From the IMG/VR virus record IMGVR_UViG_2872728642_000001, positions 1 through 64,000 of that record: a stretch of 64,000 nucleotides of DNA, one strand, 5' to 3'. Source of the stretch: a virus (Duplodnaviria > Caudoviricetes). Made by a program: the position numbers and the translations under genes. Below the pieces are notes generated by a model, which did no database searches, was not told the origin of the DNA, and saw nothing but the letters and a program-made list of their open reading frames with translations. The number at the start of each line of letters is the position of its first letter. Position 1 is the stretch's first letter. This document shows, piece after piece, positions 35,481 to 43,832 of the stretch.

Positions 35481-36173
35481 CTACGCGTTCGCCTTCACGT
35501 GATCGCGCAGCTTGCGAGCGCGGTCTGTGTCGTGCTCAATCTCGTGCCACGCCTTGCGCTGCACGTGAGACCGGATCGTCTGCAAGAGCCAGAGCGCCGC
35601 GCCAATGTACTGGCCGGATGCGTCGCCGCCCTGGTTAACCGCTCGACGCTCGGCACGGGCGTAGTCCGATGAGGTCCACGACAAGTAGATCTTCCCGGCG
35701 TCGCTCATGCTCACGGTTGGGTCAAGGTGCACGACGTAGTGCGCGAGCACTTCGGCGCACGGCTCAACGGCACGCTTCACGGCTCGCATGTGCTCGCGTC
35801 GCTGCGCTTCGACGCTGCTTAGTGCGATGCTGGGGAGACTGGCCGTGATCCGGGCAAGGCCGTTCGTGGCGAGCGTGTATCCCGACCAGGGGGCGCGTGA
35901 GGCGAGCCCGGCGACCAGCCACACGCGGTCCCGGTAGCGGGCGACATGCCCGGTGTAGATCACGGTGCTGCCGACCGGGAGGTAAGCGGCCAGGGCATCC
36001 GCAGCTTCCTTGCCGATCTTGACTGCGCCGCTCTGCAACATGCCGCCAAGCTCGCACGGAACGCCTTCCGTCTGGCACTTCCGGCATGTGGCCTGGTGAT
36101 CGGTCGCGCTACGGTGCGCGTTCATGGCGTGGTCGCGGGCGTTCTCGGCCTGGTCTCGGGTGACGGTGAACAT
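35481..36173 (-). CDS. Hypothetical protein
   Basis: 230 aa with H...CxxC....C motif; GGGAG RBS. Confidence 0.6.
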   Translation of the reverse strand: MFTVTRDQAENARDHAMNAHRSATDHQATCRKCQTEGVPCELGGMLQSGAVKIGKEAADALAAYLPVGSTVIYTGHVARYRDRVWLVAGLASRAPWSGYTLATNGLARITASLPSIALSSVEAQRREHMRAVKRAVEPCAEVLAHYVVHLDPTVSMSDAGKIYLSWTSSDYARAERRAVNQGGDASGQYIGAALWLLQTIRSHVQRKAWHEIEHDTDRARKLRDHVKANA

Positions 36174-36216
36174 GGGGGCTCCCTGCGGCGCTGCGGTGTT
36201 GGTTGGTGAGGGGTGG

Positions 36217-36247
36217 GGAGCGCGCCCGTGGTGGCGACACGGGCGCG
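36217..36247. terminator. Hairpin
   Basis: GCGCGCCCGTG-gtggcga-CACGGGCGCGC just after the 36258 stop; coordinates approximate. Confidence 0.5.
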
Positions 36248-36257
36248 CCCGGTGCTG

Positions 36258-36896
36258 CTAGGCGTCGGCGCTCTCGGCGGCCTTGACCTCGGAGTCAGCC
36301 TTCAGAAGCGCAATGGTCGCCTTGACCTGGTCGAACGACAGGCCACGATCTTCCATGACCTCCGCGTACGTCTCTTCGTTGTGCGGGGCCTTGAACTTCT
36401 CGGCGAACTTCCACACGAGGCGGACGGCGGCCGTGTCGGCGGCGGTCTTCGCGGCGGCCTTCTTCCGGGCCTCGATTTCCTTGCGGTACTCGGCCATCTC
36501 GGGAAGCTCAGACAGGAAGTTCTGGACCTTGGTGGCGCTGGTACCGGGGACCTTGCCTAGCTCGGTGAGAGTCGCCTGACCGAACCCAACCTGAGCGGCT
36601 GCGTGCATGCCGATCAGGGCATAGGTGGTGAACTTGACCGCGCTCTTGCCGGTGCCGCGCGTGGCGATGCACTCGGCGGGAAGGTCCTTCAGCTCATCCC
36701 CGGTCATGATCCGGTCGGCCACGCTGCCCTCAGCGCTGGCGGCGGCCAGTTCGTCAAGGCGGCCGGTTGCGGCGAGACCGATCACGGCGAAGCCGGTCGG
36801 GCGGGAGATGCCCTGCCGGGAGAACGTGGCCTTGTGGGCGATGGTCACGCGCTCGATGGCGTCGTAGATCTCGGCGGGGTTGGTGCTGATCTTCAT
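36258..36896 (-). CDS. Hypothetical protein (Ala/Lys-rich, helical)
   Basis: 212 aa; AAAGG RBS. Confidence 0.65.
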   Translation of the reverse strand: MKISTNPAEIYDAIERVTIAHKATFSRQGISRPTGFAVIGLAATGRLDELAAASAEGSVADRIMTGDELKDLPAECIATRGTGKSAVKFTTYALIGMHAAAQVGFGQATLTELGKVPGTSATKVQNFLSELPEMAEYRKEIEARKKAAAKTAADTAAVRLVWKFAEKFKAPHNEETYAEVMEDRGLSFDQVKATIALLKADSEVKAAESADA

Positions 36897-36923
36897 TGGT
36901 GGTGCCTTTCGTGGTGTTGGGTG

Positions 36924-36946
36924 CCCGCCCGGACAGTCCGGGCGGG
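36924..36946. repeat. Perfect palindrome
   Basis: CCCGCCCGGAC-A-GTCCGGGCGGG. Confidence 0.7.
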
Positions 36947-36953
36947 CGGTTCG

Positions 36954-37787
36954 TTAGAGCTGCTGCGTGCCGTCGATAGCGGTACCGCTTTCAGCAGGCT
37001 GAGCAGCGGTTTCGCTGGTATGCCTGCGCTTGCGGCGTCGCCATCTGATCAGCAGTCCGAGCGTTGCGGCTCCGACTGCCAGTAGGGCGGCGGCCCATGC
37101 GGACCACACAGTTACGGGGTCGCCGGTGGCGGTGTTCGCCGCGTTGAGCTTGCCGGGATCGCCTGTGTCGGCCGTGCTGGGGTCGCCCTGGTCGCCCTTG
37201 GGTCCGGGCGATCCTGGCTTGCCGGACGGTCCGGCGGTTCCGTCGCGCCCGGCGGGCCCTGCGGCTCCGGTCGGTCCGGGCTCACCGGTACCAGCGGGGC
37301 CGGTCGGTCCGGTGGGTCCGGCGCTCCCGGTGGGGCCGGGGTCGCCCTGCGGTCCGGTCGGTCCGGGGTCGCCCTTGGGGCCGGTGCCGCCCTGCTCGCC
37401 CTGGGGTCCGGTGTCGCCCTTGTCACCCTTGGGTCCGGGGACCGGTACGGCGGTGACGGTCGCCGTTGGGCCGGGGTTGCCCTGGGGTCCGGGCGGGCCG
37501 GAAGGTCCGGGGGTTCCCATCGGCCCGGGGTCGCCCTGCGGTCCGGGAGGTCCGGTGACTCCGGGGTCGCCCTGGTCTCCCTTTGGTCCGACCGGTCCGG
37601 GGTCGCCTTGCGGGCCCTGCGGTCCGGGCGGTCCGGGCGGACCGCTGACGGTGACGGTTGCGGTTGGTTCGTCCGCTACCAGCGTTGCCGTGGCCACATC
37701 CCCTCCTGCCTGCGTGTTCGCTACCAGGAACGCGAGCGCCGCTACTGCGGTGAGCCACGCGAGCCGTTCGCTTGTTCGTATCTGCAC
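36954..37787 (-). CDS. Collagen-like surface protein with signal peptide and sortase-like anchor
   Basis: 20 + 28 Gly-X-Y triplets; NTATGD, then a TM helix, then RWRRRKRR. Confidence 0.85.
   Translation of the reverse strand: MQIRTSERLAWLTAVAALAFLVANTQAGGDVATATLVADEPTATVTVSGPPGPPGPQGPQGDPGPVGPKGDQGDPGVTGPPGPQGDPGPMGTPGPSGPPGPQGNPGPTATVTAVPVPGPKGDKGDTGPQGEQGGTGPKGDPGPTGPQGDPGPTGSAGPTGPTGPAGTGEPGPTGAAGPAGRDGTAGPSGKPGSPGPKGDQGDPSTADTGDPGKLNAANTATGDPVTVWSAWAAALLAVGAATLGLLIRWRRRKRRHTSETAAQPAESGTAIDGTQQL
36975..36995. promoter_or_regulatory. Dispersed motif, copy 5
   Basis: GATAGCGGTACCGCTTTCAGC. Confidence 0.7.
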
Positions 37788-37895
37788 ATGACAAAGAGTA
37801 GGGCGATAATGACCTTTAAGGGGGTGGATTTTGGTAACAGTTTTCCGGCGGATTTATAACGATTATGTCACAAAACGGGGCGGCCTGGAGGCAAA

Positions 37896-37911
37896 TCGAA
37901 TACACGTTCGA
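37896..37911. promoter_or_regulatory. Putative actinobacterial LexA (SOS) box
   Basis: TCGAAT-ACAC-GTTCGA, one mismatch to TCGAAC-N4-GTTCGA, in an AT-rich intergenic region. Confidence 0.55.
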
Positions 37912-38112
37912 CTGATCGTCAGCGAGGCTGATCGTCTGCATTGGCACCTATTCGCCAGGTTCGCCGACTAGCGACGCATAGCCCACCCCCGGCTCGCATT
38001 TCGCGATCTTGATATCGCTAGAACGCTCTCAGATCTACGCAGAGCGCTTCACTTCCAAGGGGGCACTCCATGTACCGGACACGCGGTGATCGTCGCTCAG
38101 CGTCGCTCTCAG

Positions 38113-38159
38113 AGACGCACAGGATGCGTCTCATCTTCTGCGGTGCGTCAGATGCGTCA
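38113..38159. repeat. GACGCA/TGCGTC cluster
   Basis: GAGACGCA-cagga-TGCGTCTC, then TGCGTCA at 38144 and 38153. Confidence 0.5.
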
Positions 38160-38272
38160 AAGGCGTCTCCAGGGACATGCGAAAACCCATCAGCGACGAG
38201 GAGGTGTGCTCGGCTCGTGCTGATGGGTTTCCGGCTCGTTTTGGCTGCTCTGGGGGTTGTTTTCGCGTGGTT

Positions 38273-38443
38273 TCAGGCCTGCGGCTCGTGGTTGTTTTCG
38301 GCATTTGCGCTGGTCACAGGGTTGTGTGGTGTGCCAACGCGGGTGAGGGCTTCGAGTGTGGCCATGTGCGCGGCGAGTTGTTCACCGGTCCAGTGGTGGA
38401 TCTCGTCCCAGCATTGGGTGTGCTGGTCCAGGTGGTGGATCAC
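38273..38443 (-). CDS. Small hypothetical (56 aa)
   Basis: GTGA overlap with the initiator stop. Confidence 0.45.
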   Translation of the reverse strand: MIHHLDQHTQCWDEIHHWTGEQLAAHMATLEALTRVGTPHNPVTSANAENNHEPQA

Positions 38444-39411
38444 GTGTGGTCCTTCCTGGCCTTGGCGTCGGCTGCGCACCCGATGCAGGGCAGCGTCTGG
38501 AAGTGGATGTGGCATCGGCCGGCCGGGCGGGTGGTCCGCGCGGCCTTGGTCTGCTCCTGCGCTTCCTGGTTTCGCGTGGTCTCGCGCCAGCCTCGGAGGT
38601 CTGCTGCGGGGATGCCTGCGACGTACAGGTGCAGGGCTTTGCGGACGTGGTTGTCGCGGGCGATCGTCTGGGCGATCCGCTCGGCTTCGTCCAGGGGGCA
38701 TCCGATGCGTTTGGTGATCACTCTGGCGGCGCGGCTGGGGGTGTTGGGGTTGTCGTCCTCCTTGTTGATCTTTTCGTCGTCTTCTGGGTGGTGGTCGGCG
38801 GCCGGTCGGGTCGGTTCCTCCTCGACCCCGTACGGAGATGAAGAGGATTGAAGTTGAGGAGTGGAGAGAGGATTGGGGGGAAGTCCAGACTTCCCCCTTT
38901 TGCCTCCAAACTTCCCCTTTTGCGGTCCAGACTTCCCCCTTTCAGTCCCGGAAACGGGGAAGCCTGGACTTCCCCCTTTTCCACCGGCCTCCCGGTCGTC
39001 CACAGCGTCATCCACAGGAGAAACGGGGAAGTCTGGACTTCCCCGTTTCGGGTCGCGCGGCACCGATACGGGGAAGTCCGAAGGTCCCGCTTCGAGCTCC
39101 AGATCGAGGGGACGCGGCGGCTGCCCCGGCAAGTACCCGGGCATCGGAGGGATGTAGAACACGGTCGCCTTCCGGCGGCCGCCCCCGGTTTCGAGCACGA
39201 CGAGCAGCCCAGCCTCGACCAGCCGCTCCCGCATCGCCTTGACCGACCGCACGTCGATCCTCGCCCAGTGGGCGATCTCCTCACGGGTCAGCCAGCCGGT
39301 ACGAGTCGCGTCGTTGATCCGCCGGGCGATGGCGATCAGCGCGAGCAGATCCCTCGGCGGGGTCGCTTTCGGCGCGTTGATCGCCACCTCGTCGGCCAAC
39401 TTGTAACCCAT
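38440..39411 (-). CDS. HTH replication initiator (lambda O / DnaD-like organisation)
   Basis: N-terminal wHTH (LLALIAIARRIND..RTGWLTREEIA...LVEAGLL), repeat-encoded linker, C-terminal C..H..C..C. Confidence 0.75.
   Translation of the reverse strand: MGYKLADEVAINAPKATPPRDLLALIAIARRINDATRTGWLTREEIAHWARIDVRSVKAMRERLVEAGLLVVLETGGGRRKATVFYIPPMPGYLPGQPPRPLDLELEAGPSDFPVSVPRDPKRGSPDFPVSPVDDAVDDREAGGKGGSPGFPVSGTERGKSGPQKGKFGGKRGKSGLPPNPLSTPQLQSSSSPYGVEEEPTRPAADHHPEDDEKINKEDDNPNTPSRAARVITKRIGCPLDEAERIAQTIARDNHVRKALHLYVAGIPAADLRGWRETTRNQEAQEQTKAARTTRPAGRCHIHFQTLPCIGCAADAKARKDHT
38877..39084. repeat. Iteron array (putative origin)
   Basis: GGGGAAGTC-CA/TG-GACTTCCCC full or half copies at ~38877, 38905, 38925, 38955, 39021 and 39068. 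Confidence 0.75.
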
Positions 39412-39470
39412 CAGGCCCCTTACGTGCTGGTTTTCCAAGGGAGCCACCGAGGGAAGAGGCGTCCCGCAAC

Positions 39471-39491
39471 GATAGCGGTACCGCTTTTAGC
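39471..39491. promoter_or_regulatory. Dispersed motif, copy 6
   Basis: GATAGCGGTACCGCTTTTAGC upstream of the initiator. Confidence 0.75.
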
Positions 39492-39493
39492 TG

Positions 39494-40018
39494 TCATCCG
39501 GCTCGTGGTGGCCGCCCCGTCAGGTCGTACGTCTGCCGCAGGCGTGGGTCGGACAGGACGTGATACGCGTCCCCGATTTCCTGGAACCGCCCGGCCACCT
39601 CCGGGTCGGGGTTGACGTCGGGGTGGAGTTGGCGGGCCAGCCTGCGGTACGCCTTCTTGATGTCGTCCGGGGTCGCCGTGCTGGCGACGCCGAGCAGGTC
39701 ATACAGCCGCCCGGCCGGGGCGTGTCTGCGCGGGGGCCGCGGTGGCGGCGGGGTCTGGGCGCGCGGTCGTCCGGCGCAGGTGGCGGCGTGTGGCATCATC
39801 CGCTTCTCCCACGGGGCGATCGGCTCGTCCTCGGTGATGCGCCGTGACCGGAGCACCCTGTGGACGTCCCTCCACACGGCGGTGTTGCCGTCCGGGTGCG
39901 GGGCGGGGTCCACAGCGAGCTGGGCACCGCTCGCTGCGCGAGTCCACCGAACCTTCTTGCCGCAGGGCATCGTGGTCTTGCTGCCCTGGCACGGCTTGAG
40001 GTCAGAAGGAGACAGCAT
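39494..40018 (-). CDS. J-domain protein fused to an N-terminal Cys/His phage domain
   Basis: LYDLLGV...AT..DIKKAYRRLARQLHPDVN...FQEI..AY.VLSD...R..YD; N-terminal C..C...H..TC. Confidence 0.9.
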   Translation of the reverse strand: MLSPSDLKPCQGSKTTMPCGKKVRWTRAASGAQLAVDPAPHPDGNTAVWRDVHRVLRSRRITEDEPIAPWEKRMMPHAATCAGRPRAQTPPPPRPPRRHAPAGRLYDLLGVASTATPDDIKKAYRRLARQLHPDVNPDPEVAGRFQEIGDAYHVLSDPRLRQTYDLTGRPPRAG

Positions 40019-40051
40019 CCTGCCCCTCCGTGTCCCGATCGGACAGTTCGA

Positions 40052-41212
40052 TCACGCGGTACCTCCGTTGTACCGGGCGAACACGGCGTTGATGGCGTCG
40101 AGCTCCGTCTTCACCTGGTCGCGGTCGGCCTTCATCTCGTCCAGCTCGACGAGGAGGTCGGCGTGGGCGGCGCGGGCCTCGTCGCGCTGGGTGCGGGCCT
40201 CGTCGCGTTCGCGGATGGCCTGGTCCCGCTCGGCCTCGGTCCGCTGGATGGCCTGCTCGAATCCGAGGAGTGCCCGCAGCGCGGGGCCTGCGGTGGCCGG
40301 CGGCGTGATCCCAACGGCCGGGGCGAGCGCGGCAGTCTTTCCGCTGGTCTTCCGCTCGGGTGTCTTCACTCCGGCCGCAGCCGCGACGGTGCGGGGATCG
40401 GGCTTCGGCGTGGTCTTGGTGATGGTGAGTCCGCCGTCGTTCCAATCCAGCGCGATCCACCAGACGGGCGGGTTGGCGCGGGGCCGGTGGCAGCGGGTGT
40501 GCTCGGTCCGGTTGAGGTACTGCCGGACTTCCTGCTCGTGCATGGTGTCCCAGTCGGGGCAGGCGGTCTTGATGATCTGGGAGAGGGCTCCCTGCCATTG
40601 CACGCCGACGACACCGCCGTTGGTCAGCCGCTCGTCTCCCTGCTCGCGGGCCGCGTCGCGGAGGAGTCCCCAGAGGGCTTCGGCGTCGGCGAAGATGTCG
40701 CGGGGCTTGGTCCTGACGACGGTGGCGGTGTCGCCGATCTTCGGCACGGTGGTGTCTCCTTCGGTGGTGGCGGTGGTGGTGTTCTTGGTGAGGTAGGCGA
40801 TTACCTCGGCCTCGCGGGCGTGCAGCATGTCCGCGTACGACTTGGACTCGACGGGGCCGGGGGTGTGGAGGAGTCCTCCTGACACGTACGGCTTGATGCC
40901 GTTCGCGAGGGCTGCGCCGACGAGTTCGTCAACGCTCCACCAGGTGTCACGGGGCATGGTGTCGGCTTTCTGAGTGGCGGGGTCGGTGGCGGCGACCATG
41001 GGTGAGGGTTTCGTGGGGTGGTCGTTCAGCAGGGATCGGATCTTGGTTTTGTAGTTGTCGAGGCCGCGGCCCATGGCCTGCAGCGGGATCTCGCCGGTGC
41101 GGCCGTTCTCCGGGTTGGTGATCAGGAACTTGCCGTTGGCGAGCTGCATCGTGAAGCCGAGGCGTTCCGTCTCGGCCTCGACGAGCTTCTTGACGTCGGA
41201 CTTGTTGGTCAT
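40052..41212 (-). CDS. Multidomain hypothetical with C-terminal coiled coil
   Basis: 386 aa, ATGA overlap, ERDQA.RERDEA heptads. Confidence 0.65.
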   Translation of the reverse strand: MTNKSDVKKLVEAETERLGFTMQLANGKFLITNPENGRTGEIPLQAMGRGLDNYKTKIRSLLNDHPTKPSPMVAATDPATQKADTMPRDTWWSVDELVGAALANGIKPYVSGGLLHTPGPVESKSYADMLHAREAEVIAYLTKNTTTATTEGDTTVPKIGDTATVVRTKPRDIFADAEALWGLLRDAAREQGDERLTNGGVVGVQWQGALSQIIKTACPDWDTMHEQEVRQYLNRTEHTRCHRPRANPPVWWIALDWNDGGLTITKTTPKPDPRTVAAAAGVKTPERKTSGKTAALAPAVGITPPATAGPALRALLGFEQAIQRTEAERDQAIRERDEARTQRDEARAAHADLLVELDEMKADRDQVKTELDAINAVFARYNGGTA

Positions 41213-41754
41213 CTGGCGGGCTCCTTCCGGATGCGCAGCCCGAGGTGGTCGGCGTACGCGGCGGTCCCCGCTGCCCCCTTGCTGGCGGGGTGCAGGTGGG
41301 CCAGGACCTCGAAGGCGCCCCCGCGGCCGGCGGCGAGCCCGAGCATGAACCCGTTGCGGTACGGTCCGGCGGATTTGGCCAGCTCGGGGATGTGCCAGGG
41401 CGCGGGGTGCGTCTCGACGGTGACGCCGGGCGTGTAGTTGGCCCATTCGTACGTCCACCGGTCGCCGCCGGGTGGGTCGTCGGTGTCGGGGTTGTAGCCG
41501 ACGATCACGTGGAGGCGTCCGCCGGCTCGCGCCAGCGTGGACTCGAGGTCGGCTCGGACTCTGTGACGGGCGGCGCCCCGCCACCCGGTGTAGACCAGGG
41601 TGGCGGGGCGCAGGCTGACGAGGGTTTCGAGCTGGGTCCGGAAGTGCTGCCGGACGTGGTCGGCGGCTTCGGGCGGGACGAGCTGGTCGTCGAGGCTGCG
41701 TTTGAGCATGACGAGCAGGACGGCGCGCTCGCTCGGCGTCAAGTGGTCGAGCAT
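41209..41754 (-). CDS. SLOG-superfamily (DUF2493/YspA-like) protein
   Basis: YTG.R, GGD.W...WA, E.HPA.W, AGP.RNG.M and SKG motifs. Confidence 0.7.
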   Translation of the reverse strand: MLDHLTPSERAVLLVMLKRSLDDQLVPPEAADHVRQHFRTQLETLVSLRPATLVYTGWRGAARHRVRADLESTLARAGGRLHVIVGYNPDTDDPPGGDRWTYEWANYTPGVTVETHPAPWHIPELAKSAGPYRNGFMLGLAAGRGGAFEVLAHLHPASKGAAGTAAYADHLGLRIRKEPAR

Positions 41755-42191
41755 CAGCCGTCCCTGTGGGTGCAGGTGGCGACGGTGATGTTCTGGATGA
41801 TCTCGATGACCGCAGGCTTGAGCTCGCCGACCTCGTAGACCGGCCTGCCCAGCTCGTCGTGAACGAGGCGGCCCTGCTCGTCCTGGACGAGAGTGCTGTC
41901 GGCTCGGCCGAAGTTGCGGGAGCCCAGCCCGGTCGGCTGGACCTTGACCTTGGTGACAATGCGGCCGTCCGGCTTGGCGGCTTCGGCCTGGTGCTTGGGG
42001 TTGGCCGGGTCGAACCGGACCCATCGCCACTTGCCGTACTCGTATACGGCGTCCCAGATGTCGATGACGACGCCCTCTTGGATCTCGCACGACCGGTCGG
42101 ACATGCGCGGGTAGAAGACGGTGGTGCCGACCGTGTACGGGTTGCCCCGCCAGTCGGTCAGGGTGCGCGCTTCGGCCTGCTCGCTGGTCAT
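41754..42191 (-). CDS. Hypothetical (SH3-like N-terminus)
   Basis: DWRGNP..VG..V.YP; coupled at both ends. Confidence 0.6.
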   Translation of the reverse strand: MTSEQAEARTLTDWRGNPYTVGTTVFYPRMSDRSCEIQEGVVIDIWDAVYEYGKWRWVRFDPANPKHQAEAAKPDGRIVTKVKVQPTGLGSRNFGRADSTLVQDEQGRLVHDELGRPVYEVGELKPAVIEIIQNITVATCTHRDG

Positions 42192-42652
42192 GACGCCTTT
42201 CTCCTTCGGGTCTCCCAACCGCGCCGTGTCGCCTCGGAGCGGCACTCGCGGCATCGCGCACGGTCGTCCCCGTGCTGGCAGGGCACTGCCTCTGGCACGT
42301 ACGAGAGCCACGAGGTCAGTGCGCGATCGAACTGCTGGCGCTTCGCCGGCCCGAGCCACGTCCACATGACGACGCCCGTGTGCTGCACGTACTCGAAGGT
42401 GTTCACGGCCCACTGGTGGAACGGCTTGGCTCGCTCGTTCCGGCTGTTGTAGGGGCCGTTCACCTTGCCGACGCCAATCACGGCAGCGAACCTGTCGAGA
42501 CGTTCGCGGTCGGACTGAGCGATGGAAATTCCGATCCGCCGGTACGGCGTGCCGCCCTCGGTTCGGCGGGTCACTCCGTAGTGGACATGGCCCTCACCGT
42601 CGAAGAAGCCCGCTGCCCAGGCCAGGGATTCGCGATCCACTCCGATGGCCAT
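42188..42652 (-). CDS. Single-motif LAGLIDADG homing endonuclease, free-standing
   Basis: LAWAAGFFDGEG, I.IAQ.D...L and G.GKV.GPY; short C-terminal C.H...C..C. Confidence 0.8.
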   Translation of the reverse strand: MAIGVDRESLAWAAGFFDGEGHVHYGVTRRTEGGTPYRRIGISIAQSDRERLDRFAAVIGVGKVNGPYNSRNERAKPFHQWAVNTFEYVQHTGVVMWTWLGPAKRQQFDRALTSWLSYVPEAVPCQHGDDRARCRECRSEATRRGWETRRRKAS

Positions 42653-43224
42653 CAGACCTGCACCTCCCGTCCGGTGGTCGGCGCCTGATCGTCGTCGGCC
42701 GGCCCGAGGTAGCTCAGCCCGTAGTTCTCGCCTCGCTTCACCACGTGCCAGCGGCCGGTAACCGTGCCCCGGCTGACGGTGGTGGCGTTGAGCATCGTGC
42801 AGAGGTCCTTGAGGAACATGGGGAACTCGTGGTCGTCCTGGTCGGCTAGGAAGAACCGTGCTGCCGACCGGCCGCGCTCCCACCCGGTGATGCGCAGCGT
42901 GGCGGTGAACGGCTCATTGGGTCGCCACTCGGCGTTGCGCTTCGGGTAGTGCATGAGGTTGCCCCGCTCGTCGTAGGGGGCTTCAGTGACGGGCATGTCG
43001 GTCCTTTCGGGGGCGGGCCACTTCGTGGCCTCGTCGATGATCACGTGAGAGGCGCGCTGGCCCTGCATGGTCCGGCGCGCCTTCATGCGCTGCTTGATCT
43101 GGTCTTGCGTCGGCGGGGCGTAGCGATGGAAGCCGACTTCTCGGGACCACCGCTGGAAGTGGTCGTATTGCGCCAGCCCGCACCAGCGGCATCCGGACGG
43201 CTGCGCCAGCACCCGCTCAGTCAT
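42652..43224 (-). CDS. Hypothetical; probable fusion with an internal start at 42996
   Basis: N-terminal CRWC; AAAGGA-N5-ATG at 42996; C-terminal half resembles 43217-43582. Confidence 0.6.
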   Translation of the reverse strand: MTERVLAQPSGCRWCGLAQYDHFQRWSREVGFHRYAPPTQDQIKQRMKARRTMQGQRASHVIIDEATKWPAPERTDMPVTEAPYDERGNLMHYPKRNAEWRPNEPFTATLRITGWERGRSAARFFLADQDDHEFPMFLKDLCTMLNATTVSRGTVTGRWHVVKRGENYGLSYLGPADDDQAPTTGREVQV

Positions 43225-43582
43225 GGCCGCGCCGCACCTGACGTCGTTCCCGCCGCGACATGTACAGCTGAATGCCGTACGCGCCGCCGCGGCGGTGGGC
43301 GATCCACTCGGCTTCGACGTGGCCGCCGGGTTCGACGCCGACCGTGCGGACGGTCTCGACGAATTCCGTCATGGACATGGGGAACATGCGGCTCTCGTCG
43401 TCGAGCCACACGACGTAGCCGGCGGCGCGGCCGCGCGCGAACTGGCCGAGCTGGAGTCGTGCGGTGAACGGCTCCGGAGCGCGCCACACGATCTCGCCTT
43501 CCGGGGTCCATGCGGCGCGCAGGAGGTTGCCGAACTCGTCGAACGGCACCAACGCCTTGTCGTCGTCGAGGTCATCGGCCAT
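43217..43582 (-). CDS. Hypothetical, paralog of the 42652-42996 domain
   Basis: P.DE.GNL...WR..EPFTA.L...RGR.A...FPM...W....RG..YG. Confidence 0.65.
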   Translation of the reverse strand: MADDLDDDKALVPFDEFGNLLRAAWTPEGEIVWRAPEPFTARLQLGQFARGRAAGYVVWLDDESRMFPMSMTEFVETVRTVGVEPGGHVEAEWIAHRRGGAYGIQLYMSRRERRQVRRGHD

Positions 43583-43832
43583 CGCCGTCTCCCCTGCCGA
43601 TCTGGGCCAGGGCTTGGCGGGCGATGGCTGGACCGTGGAGCCCGCTCGGAGGTGCGGGGGGCGCGGGCTTGACGGCTGGAGGGATGTGGTCCCATCCGTT
43701 GGCGCGGAGCCAGACGATGAACTCGAACGCGAAATCCGTAGTGCTGTCCCGTTCCTCGGGATCGGTGCGGTCACGGTCGTAGATGCGCTGTGTGAGCGCT
43801 TCCATCGCCCTCTCGGCTGCCTTGGTCAGCAT
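43572..43832 (-). CDS. Hypothetical
   Basis: AAGGAG RBS; 86 aa. Confidence 0.6.
   Translation of the reverse strand: MLTKAAERAMEALTQRIYDRDRTDPEERDSTTDFAFEFIVWLRANGWDHIPPAVKPAPPAPPSGLHGPAIARQALAQIGRGDGDGR

Noticed and set aside
37030-37700. Repetitive DNA that might be a CRISPR or VNTR
   Set aside because: Fully explained by Gly-X-Y codons; no repeat-spacer structure. No CRISPR array, tRNA or rRNA was recognised anywhere in the window.
40900-41212. HicA-like look of the N-terminus of 40052-41212
   Set aside because: Lacks the catalytic GSH histidine and there is no HicB partner.
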